Origin: Felis catus
Lineage: Eukaryota
Direction of reading: 5' to 3'
Assembly: GCF_018350175.1 (NCBI RefSeq)
Contig: NC_058368.1
Location: 120,282,001 to 120,346,000, forward strand
Length of the DNA: 64,000 nt
Both the position numbers and the translations under genes were made by a program. Below the pieces are notes generated by a model. The model saw only the letters and a program-made list of their open reading frames with translations. It was not told the origin of the DNA and searched no databases. This document shows positions 1-11,893 of this stretch, piece after piece (position 1 is the stretch's first letter; every line of letters starts with the position of its first letter).

Positions 1-501
1 ATAAAAGTGCTGTCAACAATAGCCAAATTATGGAAAGAGCCCACATATCCATCGACTGATGACTGGATAAAGAAGATACGGTATATGTATACAATGGAAT
101 ACTACTCAATGATGAAAAAGAATGAAATCTTGCCGTTTGCAACAACATGGATAGAACTGGAGGGTATTATGCTAAACAAAATAATTCAGAGAAAGACAAA
201 TATCACATGATTTCACTCCTATGTGAAATTTAAGAAACAAAACAGATGAACATAGGGGAAGAGAAGGAAAAAATAAGAAAAAAACAGGGAGGCAATCATA
301 AGAGATACATAAATACAGAGAACAAACTGGGGTTCACTAGAGAGGTTGTGGGGGTGGGTACAATGGGTGATGGGCATTAAGGAGGGCATTTTTCAGGATG
401 AGCACTGGGTGTCATATATAAGGGATGAATCCCTGGGTTCTACTCCTGCAGCCAAGACCACACTGTATGCTAACTAACTTGAAAATAAATTAATAAATAA
501 A
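1..501 (+). mobile_element. L1 (carnivore-type) 3' end: ORF2 C-terminus remnant, 3'UTR, A-rich tail
   Basis: ORF 7..210 (STIAKLWKEPTYPSTDDWIKK...YTMEYYS...KKNEILPFATTWIELEGIML) matches the L1 ORF2 C-terminus; G-rich 3'UTR; ends gaaaataaattaataaataaa. Confidence 0.93.
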
Positions 502-729
502 GTCCTTTTCCAACTTTAAACAAACAAACAAACAAACCAAGAGGTGGTAACCCAGCTGAAATCAATCACAGCCGTTTTGCTTGATTAGTTTTTTACTGGT
601 GTGTAGGGCCAAACAATGAAAAGGGGAAGAAAAAAAAAACAAAACACTATCCATTTCCTGTATTACTCTCTGTCTGTATATAGGCTTGATTCTTCTTGCT
701 TATTTGGAGTTTGTCCTGAAGTAATTTCT

Positions 730-1620
730 TTAGTTAATCCCATAAAAATTTACTGGGCACCTACTTATGTAAACACTACGGACATAGGGTAGTACTCACG
801 TCACATCATCTCTATGTTAGGGTACATAGAACTCCATACCCTGTATGCCCTTTTATAAAGAATAGAGTTTAAATTAAAAAGAAATTTATACATAATCCAA
901 TTTCAAATAGTAATACATTTTATAGAAAGAAACACTGCATGATAAAATAATGTCCCATGCCTGGGGGACGGGAGTGGTTTACTAAAATAGGGTGGGCGGG
1001 GGAGTCTTCTTTGAAGAAGTGATCTTTGAATTGAGACCCAGAGAAGTCAGTAGAAGCAGTCATCCAGTGCTCTGGGGCAGGGAACTTTGAGGAAGAAGAC
1101 TCAGCAAATACAAAGACTGTAAAATGCAGATAATGAGTAAATAAGGGGCACAGACCAGGCTGATAGGAATGGAGCAGAGACAACCCTGGGCAAAGTACAC
1201 AAATGTGGAATAGACAAAGATCTATTCTCTAAGTCCTGGCAGTCCATAGGAAGGGGCGCAGCTTTTATTTCAGCTTTAGCAGGAAGTCATTGAAAAAGTT
1301 TAAGGAAAAACCAAAAGGATCAAGTTTGATCTTTAAAAATGTCTCTCCAGTTGCGAACAGGGTATACCAGGTCATGCTTGGAAGCAGAGAAAGCAGTTAG
1401 GAGGTAGACACTTCAGGCCTAATGAGAAGGTTACACTGGTTTGGACCAAGGTGAGAGCTGTAAAGTTGGCAAGAAATCACTCTGTTCAGGATATATTGTG
1501 ATATACCCATGCAGATGACCAATTCTTCATTGAGGATGAATAAAACCAAAACCAGCGTTGGGATACTGGGTCCGAAGGCAAGAATGAAAGTGTTATCATT
1601 AAGTGCTATCAGAGAACTAA
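730..1620 (-). mobile_element. L2 LINE, degraded
   Basis: tttactgggcacctacttatgt (reverse L2 3' end) followed by L2-like segments gaagtgatctttgaattgagacc, ggaagtcattgaaaaagtttaag, gaagcagagaaagcagttaggagg. Confidence 0.65.
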
Positions 1621-1717
1621 TACCATTATCTTTCATTTTTCTTCAAACAATTACTCTTGAGTGCCAGGCCTGGTGCTAATCGCTGAAGAGACACAGCTGA
1701 ATTGCATGCGTGTGTGT

Positions 1718-1810
1718 TTAATTTATTTATTTCTATTCAATTAGGTTAACATACAGTGTTGTATTGGTTTCAGGATTCCAGTGATTCATCACTTCCATAT
1801 ATCACCCATG
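1718..1810 (-). mobile_element. Short carnivore L1 3'-end fragment
   Basis: tttatttatt tail then ttaacatacagtgttgtattggtttcagg...gtgattcatcactt...cacccatg, similar to the start of the L1 at 17933. Confidence 0.65.
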
Positions 1811-3679
1811 TTTTTTTCAAAAATTTTAAAAAACCTTTTTGACAGTTTTATTGGCATAATTACAGTATAGCCAAAATAATAAATTTAGGTGTAAGATATC
1901 AAAGCGAATGAAAATAAAATATTTTACTTTTATATTTTTGGCTGAAGAATGATTTTCAGAGCTGAATAATTTCCTCTGTTGTCTCTGCATTTCATGTATA
2001 GCCATGGGCAAGGAACTCCCAATAAAGCTTTTCTATTCCCACAACAGGTTGTAACTTCCTCCGGCATGACATAAAGCTTCATTTCACGTGCACCAGCCAA
2101 CGCTATTTTCCAAAGCTCAAGCTAATTATATGAGATTTATCTGTGTGGAAACACAGGGATTAAGCAAGCTGGAAAAACAGGGAAAATTTATTTAGTGGCG
2201 GTGTTTAACAAAGGATAATGCAAACAAGGGTTATAGGAAACAAAATCTTCCCCAAAATAAATACCTAACCAGTGAAGGGAATCATGAGCGTTCTGTTGGT
2301 GCTTTTATCCTAGCCTAACAGAAACTGCTACCAATAATACAGAAATAGAAAACAGACATTTCTGCCTTTAAGCCAGTCCTGGAACTTCCATTAACCTTAT
2401 CTCTTTGACATACTTGTTAGTAAGCTTGCTGGTTCTTATTTTTGAATTATTCCTTAGTAGAATTGTGGCTAAAATACCTTATCATTGTGGTATGTTAATT
2501 TTTCATGGAAAGCATATAATTTAAAAAAATACTTTGACTTGCAAATAATTACTTGTAATTAATTGTTTTGTCTTTAAGCCTTAATTCTGTTTGTCCAGCA
2601 CCCACCTCCCCCAAGGATTAGTTGTTTTCTGATTACTTAATTGCACATTAAATCCTGCTCCAATTTTCCTATTATATAATTACTTCATCTGGGGAGAAAA
2701 AGAGAATGCAAGTACTTTATTTCCCTTAATACAGAGTTTTAATTTCCTCAATTTGTACTTTCAATATTTATCTTTTTCTTCATAGGCTTCTTGGTAATAT
2801 TTATTATCTGTGATGACCCTAATCTTTCAAACATGAGAAGAAAATCTTAAAAGTGCTGCATCATAGAGGTCTATTATTTATTTAGATGTCAAGACTTTTA
2901 TAACGAATCAGGATAAAAAAAATGTCTGTTATTTGTTCAGGTTAAAGGACATTTAACAAATTTTCAGAATTTAATTAGTACCAACCTTTTCATCTTTATT
3001 TACTATTATCTGGGAACAGCCAGTTCTTCCAAGTAAAGGCAAGTTTCCACTTTGAAAAGTAGCTCCCCAGTGACTATCAGTATCATCTGAGGTGGACCCT
3101 GAATATCTTGTGGTCTGCTTAGGAGTCAGGCTTAAATCAAATCATACAGATCCCAAAGGAGTATTCCTCCCTTGTACGACAACTGTTCTGAATTGCCAGT
3201 TATAGTGTACTCGAAACATGACTTTGTGTCTGGGGTCTGAAAACTTGGGGTGGGTTCCTGGCCTGAGGACTGGAGTGTGTTCCAAACCACTTAACCTTGA
3301 CCTCTCTCTGGCTTCCTGCAACTCTCCTCAGTTGCTTCTCCTCACTTATGCTTTCCTTAATATAAAATAAAAAGGCAAAAATATCTAAGAGGGTATTGTT
3401 AAGACTAAGTGCGATAAGAAAGAATGCCAAGAGAAGAATGCAATAAGAAGAATACAAAATACATTTTTATGTTACTCTATTACAAAAATGGACTAAATGC
3501 ATGTTCAGTGAATCTTTGAGTGTTGAATGTTGGGATTCCCAAGAGCTCTGGATCTAGAATTTTTACACATGCAGGCACCCAGAGAGTGGAATCTGAGTGG
3601 AAGGAGGACAGGACAGGATCCTGAGTTGCATTTGCATTGTAAACAGTTTTTACTCATACAGCTTCTGGAAAGCATCCCT

Positions 3680-4125
3680 CTGTGCATTTCCTGATACCCT
3701 CCTCACTGCCCTCCATCTTGCCTTGTGCCTCCAAGGCTGAGGCTGATCTGTGTAGATGGCATTAGCAAGCTCCCTCTCTGTCTAGCTTCCTGTCTGGTTT
3801 GACAGCAGGACACCCTGGCAGTAAGTTGGTGGGAGAGAGAAGCATGAACTTCTCTTCCCCTACTTGCCTTCCTGCAGAGCCTCTCTAGTTCGGCTCATCT
3901 CTTGACCAGCGCAACAACTCTTGAGAGGCAACCTCTCCACTCAACTCTCACCCCTGGTCTGGGTTCCATTATACTTCCTTTTGTTCTTTCAGGACTAGAA
4001 ATGCTTATTGTCCCCTATGTAACCACCACTGAGATACTGCACAATCACTTGTGATTTTCTTATACTCTGCCAATAGGTATTTCATTAGATTCCTCACATT
4101 ACTTGCTTGTGCTTTTCTGAGGGTT
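3680..4125 (+). mobile_element. ERVL-type solo LTR (LTR33/LTR16-like), degraded
   Basis: gaggctgatctgtgtagatggcatt...gctccctctctgtctagcttcctgtctggtttg...ggcagtaagttggtgggagagaga resembles LTR33-group consensus (recollection). Confidence 0.5.
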
Positions 4126-4130
4126 CTGGG

Positions 4131-4368
4131 TTTTTTTTTAATTAATTTTCTTAAATGTTTATATTTGAGAGAGAGAGAGAGAGGGAGAGGGAAAGAGAGA
4201 AAGTGTACTTGCGAATGGGGGAATGGCAGAGAGAGGGAGACTAGAGGATCTAAAGCTGCCTTCACGCTGTCAGCCCAGAGTCCCATGTGGAGCTCCAACT
4301 CATGGAACTGGGAGATCATGACCTAAGCTGAAGTTGGATGCTTAACCAACTGAGCCACCCAGGTACCC
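4131..4368 (-). mobile_element. Can-SINE (SINEC)
   Basis: T-rich tail, (GA)n, gagatcatgacctaagctgaag, ctgagccacccaggtaccc head; gggttct on both flanks. Confidence 0.93.
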
Positions 4369-5759
4369 AAGGGGTTCTATTTTTTGTTTTTTGTTTTTTG
4401 GGTTTTTTTGTTTGTTTGTTTTTTTGCTGGCTGGATGGGGAGGATAAATGGAGGTGGTTGGAGAGAGGAGTTTGTTTTATAAACTAGGTTTGGACACAGT
4501 TGGTTCATAGGGTTTTTGTTTTTGTTTTTTTTCCAGACACTTTTTGGGGAAAAGACAGATTGAAAAATAAATATTTCCAAAAGATGGTGAAAGACTCCAA
4601 AGTTGAGGCTGCACAGAGGCCCTAACAGCCCGTAACCCCCCAGTATAAGCAATGACAATGATGATTTTTGCATCCCTGCCTTGGGTCAGACCTTTGCTGT
4701 TTGTCACCTACACTCTGGCTACAACCCCCCGAATCATTCTCTTAGTTACCTGCCTAGTGAAAACCAATCTCCTATTTATATCCTGCAGAGATGTTTCTCA
4801 TTGTACTTGGGCTAAAATACTATATACTTGTCATCATAAATATGGTGCTTTTCTTCAGTTGGCCCTTGCTCACTGCCCCGGTCTTAACCTGGACCCCACC
4901 TTGTATGCAGCCATTCAGCAACACAAACTGCTAGTGATTTTCAGGGATGTTTTCTGCTGAGTACAACCTGTGTGTTTCTGCTGCTTCTGTTTCCTCTCCC
5001 TGGAATTGGACGATAGCCTGTCTGATGAATTTTTCTTCACTATCAAATCATAAATCACAAAACATCTCCTCAGGAAGACTTTTCTGAAAATTTCCTCCAC
5101 CATCCCCATAACTCACCTAACATAAATGTCCCTCTGCTATGATCTATAATACCCCATGTACATTTTATTCTTTATATCCGACACACTGTGTAGTATTTAT
5201 CCCTTTACATCTGTGTTAAATTGCAAGTCAATGAGCCTGATACATTCAGGTATTATCAAAACCTATATCATTAGTTACTCAGTTGAATCAGTTGATTAAG
5301 TGAATTATTTGATAAATCACTTTCTTATAGATAACAGATGAATTCACTGATTGACCAGCTTAATTAATTAGTTGAATTCATTACTTTTAACCCTTGAATC
5401 TCACCAAACACAAAATATCAGTCTGAGTGTAGCACAAAAAGTCAGGTACCAAAGTGGAAAGGATTGCCTTATAGCTCTATTGTGAATCATAGAGTTGAGA
5501 TTTTTTGATGTTTTTTTCAGTCCATATTCATCTTCTACTTCTTTTATTGTGACTAACCTGGCCCAGATACATGTTATTTCATTGTGCATGGCCTCAGGAA
5601 CCAGAGTCCCTGAGTTCACACCCTGGCCCCACCATTTAACCCCTGGGTTACTGAATTGATTAATTTGGAATTATATTAGTATCTGCCTCCTAAGTTTGCT
5701 TTGATGATAGCAGTATGTAAACTGGTGGTGTGAAAATTTAAAACCCATGTGAAAATAAG

Positions 5760-7050
5760 TAATACAGATTCCTAACCCTTATCATATCCATAAATGAATT
5801 CTATATGAATTAAAGATCTCAGGTGTGAAAATCAAAGTAACATTTTTAGAGAAAAATATATAAACAATTTTTATGATATTTAGATAGGAAATTACTTTAA
5901 AATAACACAAACACAAACCATAGAGTCAATACTTATAAAATTGAGTGTTGTTTAAAAAGTTTATTAAAAGCAAAAAAATAATAATTCCCAAGACTAGAAA
6001 CAGATGTTAATAATACAGAGGACTAGCAAAATATCCACATCCAGGATAAAAACAATCCCAACATGCTGATAAGAAAAAATAATAGCTTAATTATAAGAAT
6101 GACAGATATTAAGAACAGAAATGTAGAAGAGAGAATTTTTTTTCAATGTGCAATATTTAATTTTATTATGGCAATATTTAAAATACATGGGAAAATGAGA
6201 AAAAAATATAGCACATTATTTAAGTAGGAGACTAACATGATCTCAACATACTTTTTTTTTGTATTATTGATGGAGCCTTTTTTTAAATGTTTGTTTGTTT
6301 ATTTATTTATTTATTTATTTATTTATCAGTATATGAAGTTTATTGTCAAATTGGTTTCCATACAGCACCCAGTGCCCATCCCAAAAGGTGCCCTCCTCAA
6401 TACCCATCACCCACCCTCCTCTCCCTCCCACCCCCCATCAACCTTCAGTTTGTTCTCAGTTTTTAAGAGTCAAGAAGAGAGAATTTTTGATAATGTCGTT
6501 TGTTGAAGAGTAGGTGGAATAAGAGAAAATCCTTATATATTAGTGTACCTAATTTGAGAACAATTTGGCAGTACTTGGTAAAGTTAATGAAGTCAGAAGT
6601 TGGGAAGTTTGAGAATGTTTGTTATTTACATAACAATTCATTTCCTAGGTGTATGTTCTTCTATAGCCTACACATTTACACATGGCCATTACGTAATATA
6701 TAGATAATATATAGACAAACATTACGTGTAGTACTGGGGAAGGAAAAGCCTCAACAGGGGAAAAAATAGTTAAATAAACTGTGGTGCTTTATTGAAATTG
6801 AATAATATACAGTAGTGAAATTGAAGAAATTAGAGGTACACATATAAAAGTGGATGAATATCATAGCATATATTTGAATGAAAAAAAGTCTGATTCCATA
6901 AAGTACAATGCCCTCTGTGGAAGTTAAAATATACTAAACATCGCTTTATGCTGTCTGGGAATAACACATATAGTCAAAGTATAAAACAATGGACATATCA
7001 AATATTGAATTCTGACTATTACTTGGGACAATGGAATGAGGACAAGAGAG
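5760..7050 (+). mobile_element. Ancient L1M (L1ME/L1MC-like) ORF2 end and 3'UTR, interrupted by a younger L1
   Basis: A-rich L1-like segments (attaaagatct...gtgaaaa, caatttggcagtacttggtaaagtt, caattcatttcctaggtgtat, aaataaactgtggt) on both sides of 6125-6488. Confidence 0.65.
6278..6472 (-). mobile_element. Young feline L1 (L1_Fc-like), 5'-truncated to ~195 bp of 3'UTR
   Basis: tatatgaagtttattgtcaaattggtttccatacagcacccagtgc...ccctcccacc...cagtttgttctcagtttttaagagtc; 16-bp TSD agaagagagaattttt at 6125-6140 and 6473-6488. Confidence 0.9.
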
Positions 7051-7217
7051 TGCATTCATAGTGTTTTCAACAGATATTAATTTTCTTGTCAGTATGTTTT
7101 TTTGTGATCTGGATGTGAATACAGTCTTTGAATTTAAATTAAGTGTAATGACTTTTTAAGGATTTTAGTGAGAATTAAATGGACTATACTTGTCACACAA
7201 TTAGCACAGCATTAAGC

Positions 7218-7446
7218 TTTTTTTTTTTTTAAGTTTATTTATTTTGAGAGAGAGAGCGCGCCAGCGAGCAAGAGCCCACAAATGGGGGAGGGGCAGAGAG
7301 AGAAAGGGAGAGAAAGAATCCCAAGCAGGTTCTGTGCTGACAGCACAGAGCCCGAGGCAGGGTTCAAACCCATGAGCCATGAGATCATGACCTGAGCTGA
7401 AAACCAAGAGTCAGATGCTCACACAACTGAACCATCCAGGTGCCCC
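7218..7446 (-). mobile_element. Can-SINE (SINEC)
   Basis: poly-T tail, SINE body, caggtgcccc head; TSD agcacag(ca/tg)ttaa 7203-7215 / 7447-7459. Confidence 0.95.
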
Positions 7447-7589
7447 AGCACAGTGTTAAACACATGTGGAGTAGACTTTCAAGAAGTTTTAGGTTTCTTC
7501 TTTCCCTTTCTATCTAAAGGTAGAAATCACTTTCTTGTGCATTCTTTTCTCATTTCTCTATTTTCATAAGTAGGCAGCATGTATAGGCT

Positions 7590-7810
7590 GTAACATAGAG
7601 CCTGGATTCAAATTTTTGATGTCTCTGAAGATTGGTCTATCATCTACCGTCATTTATTTAACCTCTCTGAGTCTTGATTTTCTCCATTTGAACAAGGAGA
7701 AAAAATGTGTTTATGTTGCAAATTTAATTTTATATTAATTTAATCCACATAAACTTTTTAGCATAAACTCTGGCCTAAAATAAGAGTTCATTAATATGTC
7801 TGTTAGTGCT
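7590..7810 (+). mobile_element. MIR
   Basis: cctggattcaaat...ttatttaacctctctgagtcttgattttctccatttgaacaagg core. Confidence 0.6.
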
Positions 7811-7879
7811 ATCAACTGGCTAAAAATCACTGTTAATGATTTTAATCACAGTTAATGACATAGTTAAGCCTCCTAAGAT

Positions 7880-8115
7880 TCACAGCTAGTATTTATGAGT
7901 ATTCATTTTGTCATGCACTCTGTAAAATTACATTTTTAGATATTATTTCACTTAATACTTGAAACTTAGAAATTAGATACTCTCCATATCCAATTTACAA
8001 ATGCAGAAGTAGAGGCCTAGAGCCTACATGAGCCCAGAGATACAGTGAAAGAATCCAGATAAAAATCCACATCTGTCTGTTTGACTTCAAAGCCCAGCAT
8101 ATTAATCATTAAGTT
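7880..8115 (-). mobile_element. MIR
   Basis: tatccaatttacaaatgcagaagtagaggcctagag...gtctgtttgacttcaaagccc (reverse MIR core). Confidence 0.6.
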
Positions 8116-8504
8116 CTCCTGTCTGCTAGTTTTGTGCTTTTTCTTGGGTGTTATCTTGCTGCCTTACAAATACACAGTAATGGTATGAAAATGAAATGTT
8201 GGCTCCATTAGCTAACCTATGCAGTCGTTGTTCTGTAAAAGAGGTAGTGCCTTCCTTTCTTTCCTCCTTCTATGACTGAATGCTCATTTTGTTCTCAGTG
8301 CTACACGTAGAGATGGTTACTAATGGAATCTTTGTCCACTGGAGTTTGCATCAACCAGTTAGTTCTAGCAGTGTTTTTACATAGAGGTATGTTTGGAACA
8401 AAAATCTGATGGAAATGGGTTTAAAAAGTGTAGATTATTTGGAGAACTAAATATGTTGCACATGATCTAACTGGCAATTTGTTTGGATTTAACTCTTTAT
8501 CTCT

Positions 8505-8670
8505 ACATATATATACATATATATATAATATATATGCATATATTATATGTATATATGTATATATATTATATATATATATGTATCATATATATGTATATAT
8601 CTATATGTATATATAGAGAGAAAGGCATATTGATATAGATATACATATACGTATAGATAAATAGATATAC
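8505..8670. repeat. Imperfect (TA)n/(TATG)n/(TAGA)n compound microsatellite
   Basis: ~165 bp of alternating ta/tg/ga units. Confidence 0.9.
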
Positions 8671-8687
8671 TATCTGGGGTTTGTTTA

Positions 8688-8914
8688 TTTTATTTTATTA
8701 TTTTTAATTTTTTTAAATCTTTATTTATTTTTGAGAGAGAGACAGAGTGTGAGCGGGGGTAGGAACAGAGAGAGAGGGAGACACAGAATCTGAAACAGGC
8801 TCCAGGCTCCAAGCTATCAGCACAGAGCCTGACGCGGGGCTCGAACTCACGAACTGTGAGATCATGACCTGAGCTGAAGTTGGCCCCTTAGCCAACTGAT
8901 CCACCCAGGCGCCC
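8688..8914 (-). mobile_element. Can-SINE (feline SINEC)
   Basis: Full body; perfect 15-bp TSD tctggggtttgttta 8673-8687 / 8915-8929. Confidence 0.97.
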
Positions 8915-10480
8915 TCTGGGGTTTGTTTAAATAGCTCAGTGAAGAAAAAAAAATCAATGAAATGAGTTGCTTGGCATTGTGTCCGTAAATGACCAGCTGA
9001 TTTTTAAACTTTAAATCGGAGTTTGTTCCATATAGACAATACTCTTACTTTATGAAAAGAGCACCTTACACAGTTTGAAAAATGAAACAAAATTTTCCGG
9101 GAGAGGTGTGTGTGTGTTTGTATGTGTTGGAGGGAGGGAGTATGGTGACTCTGTTCACACTGAATTGCTACATTCAGCATTTCCAGAGTCATATTTCATC
9201 AGAGTTTATAGAGACACTTGAAGCCACTGTCTGCAGACTATCAATCTCCACATCACCCTGAATCACATAGGTTCTATATCAGAAAAAGCAAAGCTATTCT
9301 CTAGTTGGTTGCTTAAATCTCCTTTGAAATTCTGTAGATCAGAGTTGAATAATGCCATAAATAGTAATAGAAAGAGACTATGTACATTAATAATCTTTTC
9401 ATTTCAGTGTGCAAAAGACTAACATGCAGTCCATAGTAACTTGTGATTCCCCCCCCCCCCCCGCCCTTGGATGTTCAAAGAAAGGTCATGTGACAACATT
9501 CTCTTGATTTTTTTTCTTTTCCTTAGGCTATAACACACCAAGCTGTTGTAGTCCTCAATACCTATTTTATAGTTGAAGCTATTCACTAATGATGCATGCC
9601 AGTGGCATTGGTGCATTTCTGCCAGGGCATAAATCCACACCCCCTCCCTGCACCACGTAGAGGTTTAAACATTTCATGACATGATACATTGCCATGCATC
9701 TTCTTCTTATATGTATACTGTCACAGTCTCTGAATACTGTGTTTTTACTTTATCCACAGATAGAAATCTGTGAGAATATGCATCTTTAATGGTATTCTTA
9801 TTTAGAAGCATTTTATACAACATGGTCTCACTGAAATTATGAATTAAGACCCCAAGGGATAGTTGCTTATGTAGAATTTATGAGCTCTTTGTTGGAATTT
9901 AATTTGAATGAAGCTGACTACACAAGTCTCATCAATTTTCAAAGACCTGTTACTGGTTTTCTTATGAACAAACCTGACCAACTTGTTCGTTGTTGTTGTT
10001 GTTTTTCGGGCTTAATAATGAGAGTTTTACAGAGAGGTACCATATGAATCATTTATTCAAAACCTATTCTCTTACAGCCTATTGGCTAAGAAAGGAAGAT
10101 ATAGCAAGGAACAAGACAAAGCCCTTGCAGTTGTGGACCTTACATGTTTGTGGGGAAAGAGGACACCTGACAAACACCTTAGCTCCTGTGAAGAAAGCAG
10201 TAGCCCATTGCTTTCCAAACAGAAAAGTGTACTGCCTTTAAAGACATGAATATGCAATTTCCTTTCAGTGTTGAAAGGTATGATAAGCCTTACATTTTCC
10301 CAGCTCGTTAGTAGCATGATGAATCCTAAATGAGAAAGGCTGGACTATTTTGTTGTCCAAAGACCTGAATGCATCTAATAGGTACAGAATAGATGGGAAC
10401 ATTGCTGTTTGCTTGATGGCTGTACTAAATTTAATAAAACTTGTAGAGTAATTAAATGGATGCCAAAAAATGTACAGGCA

Positions 10481-10696
10481 GGGCGCCTGGGTGGCGCAGT
10501 CGGTTAAGCGTCCGACTTCAGCCAGGTCACGATCTCGCGGTCCGTGAGTTCGAGCCCCGCATCGGGCTCTGGGCTGATGGCTCGGAGCCTGGAGCCTGTT
10601 TCCGATTCTGTGTCTCCCTCTCTCTCTGCCCCTCCCCTGTTCATGCTGTCTCTCTCTGTCCCAAAAATAAATAAAAAACGTTGAAAAAAAATTAAA
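10481..10696 (+). mobile_element. Young feline SINEC
   Basis: gggcgcctgggtggcgcagtcggttaagcg (A box) ... gagttcgagccc (B box), CpGs retained; perfect 16-bp TSD aaaaaatgtacaggca 10465-10480 / 10697-10712. Confidence 0.98.
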
Positions 10697-11399
10697 AAAA
10701 AATGTACAGGCAAACATGGCACAGTCATAACTCTCAAAAAGTTCAGTTTTGGTTCGAAAACCTCACTTTATCATTACTGTATTCATTTTTCAAAGAATTG
10801 TTTTAGTTGTGACCGAAGCATATGCTACTTTAGTAGCTGAAGTGATAGAATAAAACTAGTGATTGGTTATGGACAAGGGTCATACTGATTAATTTTCTTT
10901 AGCTAACAGTTTTGCTACAAGTGTATTTATTTTTTACAAGTGATAAAGGGATAAATGGAAAAATGATTTAATGATAGGTAAGCTTACTTTCTTAACTGGT
11001 CAAGTACAGCAATATTGGATACCTATGTTACTTGATGACTTCATGGTTGCCTAGGCTATAAATTCACAGGGTTGAGAATTTTGTTTACTGCCATGGAATC
11101 AAGTATTAAATATATTATGAATCTGGACTATAATATGATTTCCAAATAACACTTTGTAAATATAACTTTTAAATTGTCATTTTCATTGTAGTCATTATTC
11201 TGTATATGACATGTGACAAGAGTTATTAAGATAGCCAAAACTTGTATAATGAACACATAAAATGAAACAGGTGATAGTATATAGTGAACACATATACAGG
11301 TCCAGGGTGAGACTTATACACTGGAGGTAAGTTTCAAAAGTCCCTCGATCGTAAAACCTTGACATGAACTTTAAAATATTAATAAGGCCAACTGTAAGA

Positions 11400-11616
11400 T
11401 TTTTTTAATTTTTTTTTAATGTTTATTTATTTTTGAGACAGAGAGAGAGCATGAACGAGGGAGGGTCAGAGAGAGAGGGAGACACAGAATCTGAAACAGG
11501 CTCCAGGCTCTGAGCTGTCAGCACAGAGCCCCACACGGGGCTCGAACTCACGGACTGTGAGATCATGACCTGAGCTGAAATCGGCTGCTTAACCGACTGA
11601 GCCACCCAGGCACCCC
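11400..11616 (-). mobile_element. Can-SINE (feline SINEC)
   Basis: Full body; ctgtaa plus T-run on both flanks. Confidence 0.96.
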
Positions 11617-11673
11617 TGTAAATTTTTTTTTAAAGGAGGTATATTACAGGCCTACATTTGAGATTAATTTCTT

Positions 11674-11893
11674 TTTAAAAATTTTTTTTTAACGTTTATT
11701 TATTTTTGAGACAGAGAGAGACAGAGCATGAACAGGGGAGGGGCAGAGAGAGAGGGAGACACAGAATCTGAAACAGGCTCCAGGCTCTGAGCTGTCAGCA
11801 CAGAGCCCGACGCAGGGCTCGAACTCACGGACCGTGAGATCATGACCTGAGCTGGAGTTGGACGCTTAACCGACCAAGCCACACAGGTGCCCC
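11674..11893 (-). mobile_element. Can-SINE (feline SINEC)
   Basis: Full body; perfect 15-bp TSD tgagattaatttctt 11659-11673 / 11894-11908. Confidence 0.97.

Noticed and set aside
2786..2793. Possible 8-nt micro-exon (tctttttcttcatag|GCTTCTTG|gtaata)
   Set aside because: Weak donor, not frame-preserving, no other support.
10481..10560. tRNA-like A/B boxes
   Set aside because: This is the tRNA-derived SINE head, followed by (CT)n, an A tail and a TSD; not a tRNA gene.
10265..10737. ORFs with recurring peptides such as VSSSPASGSVLTAQSLEPVSDSVSPSLS (also 11423, 11700, 15201, 28074, 48811)
   Set aside because: Translations of Can-SINE sequence, not a gene family.
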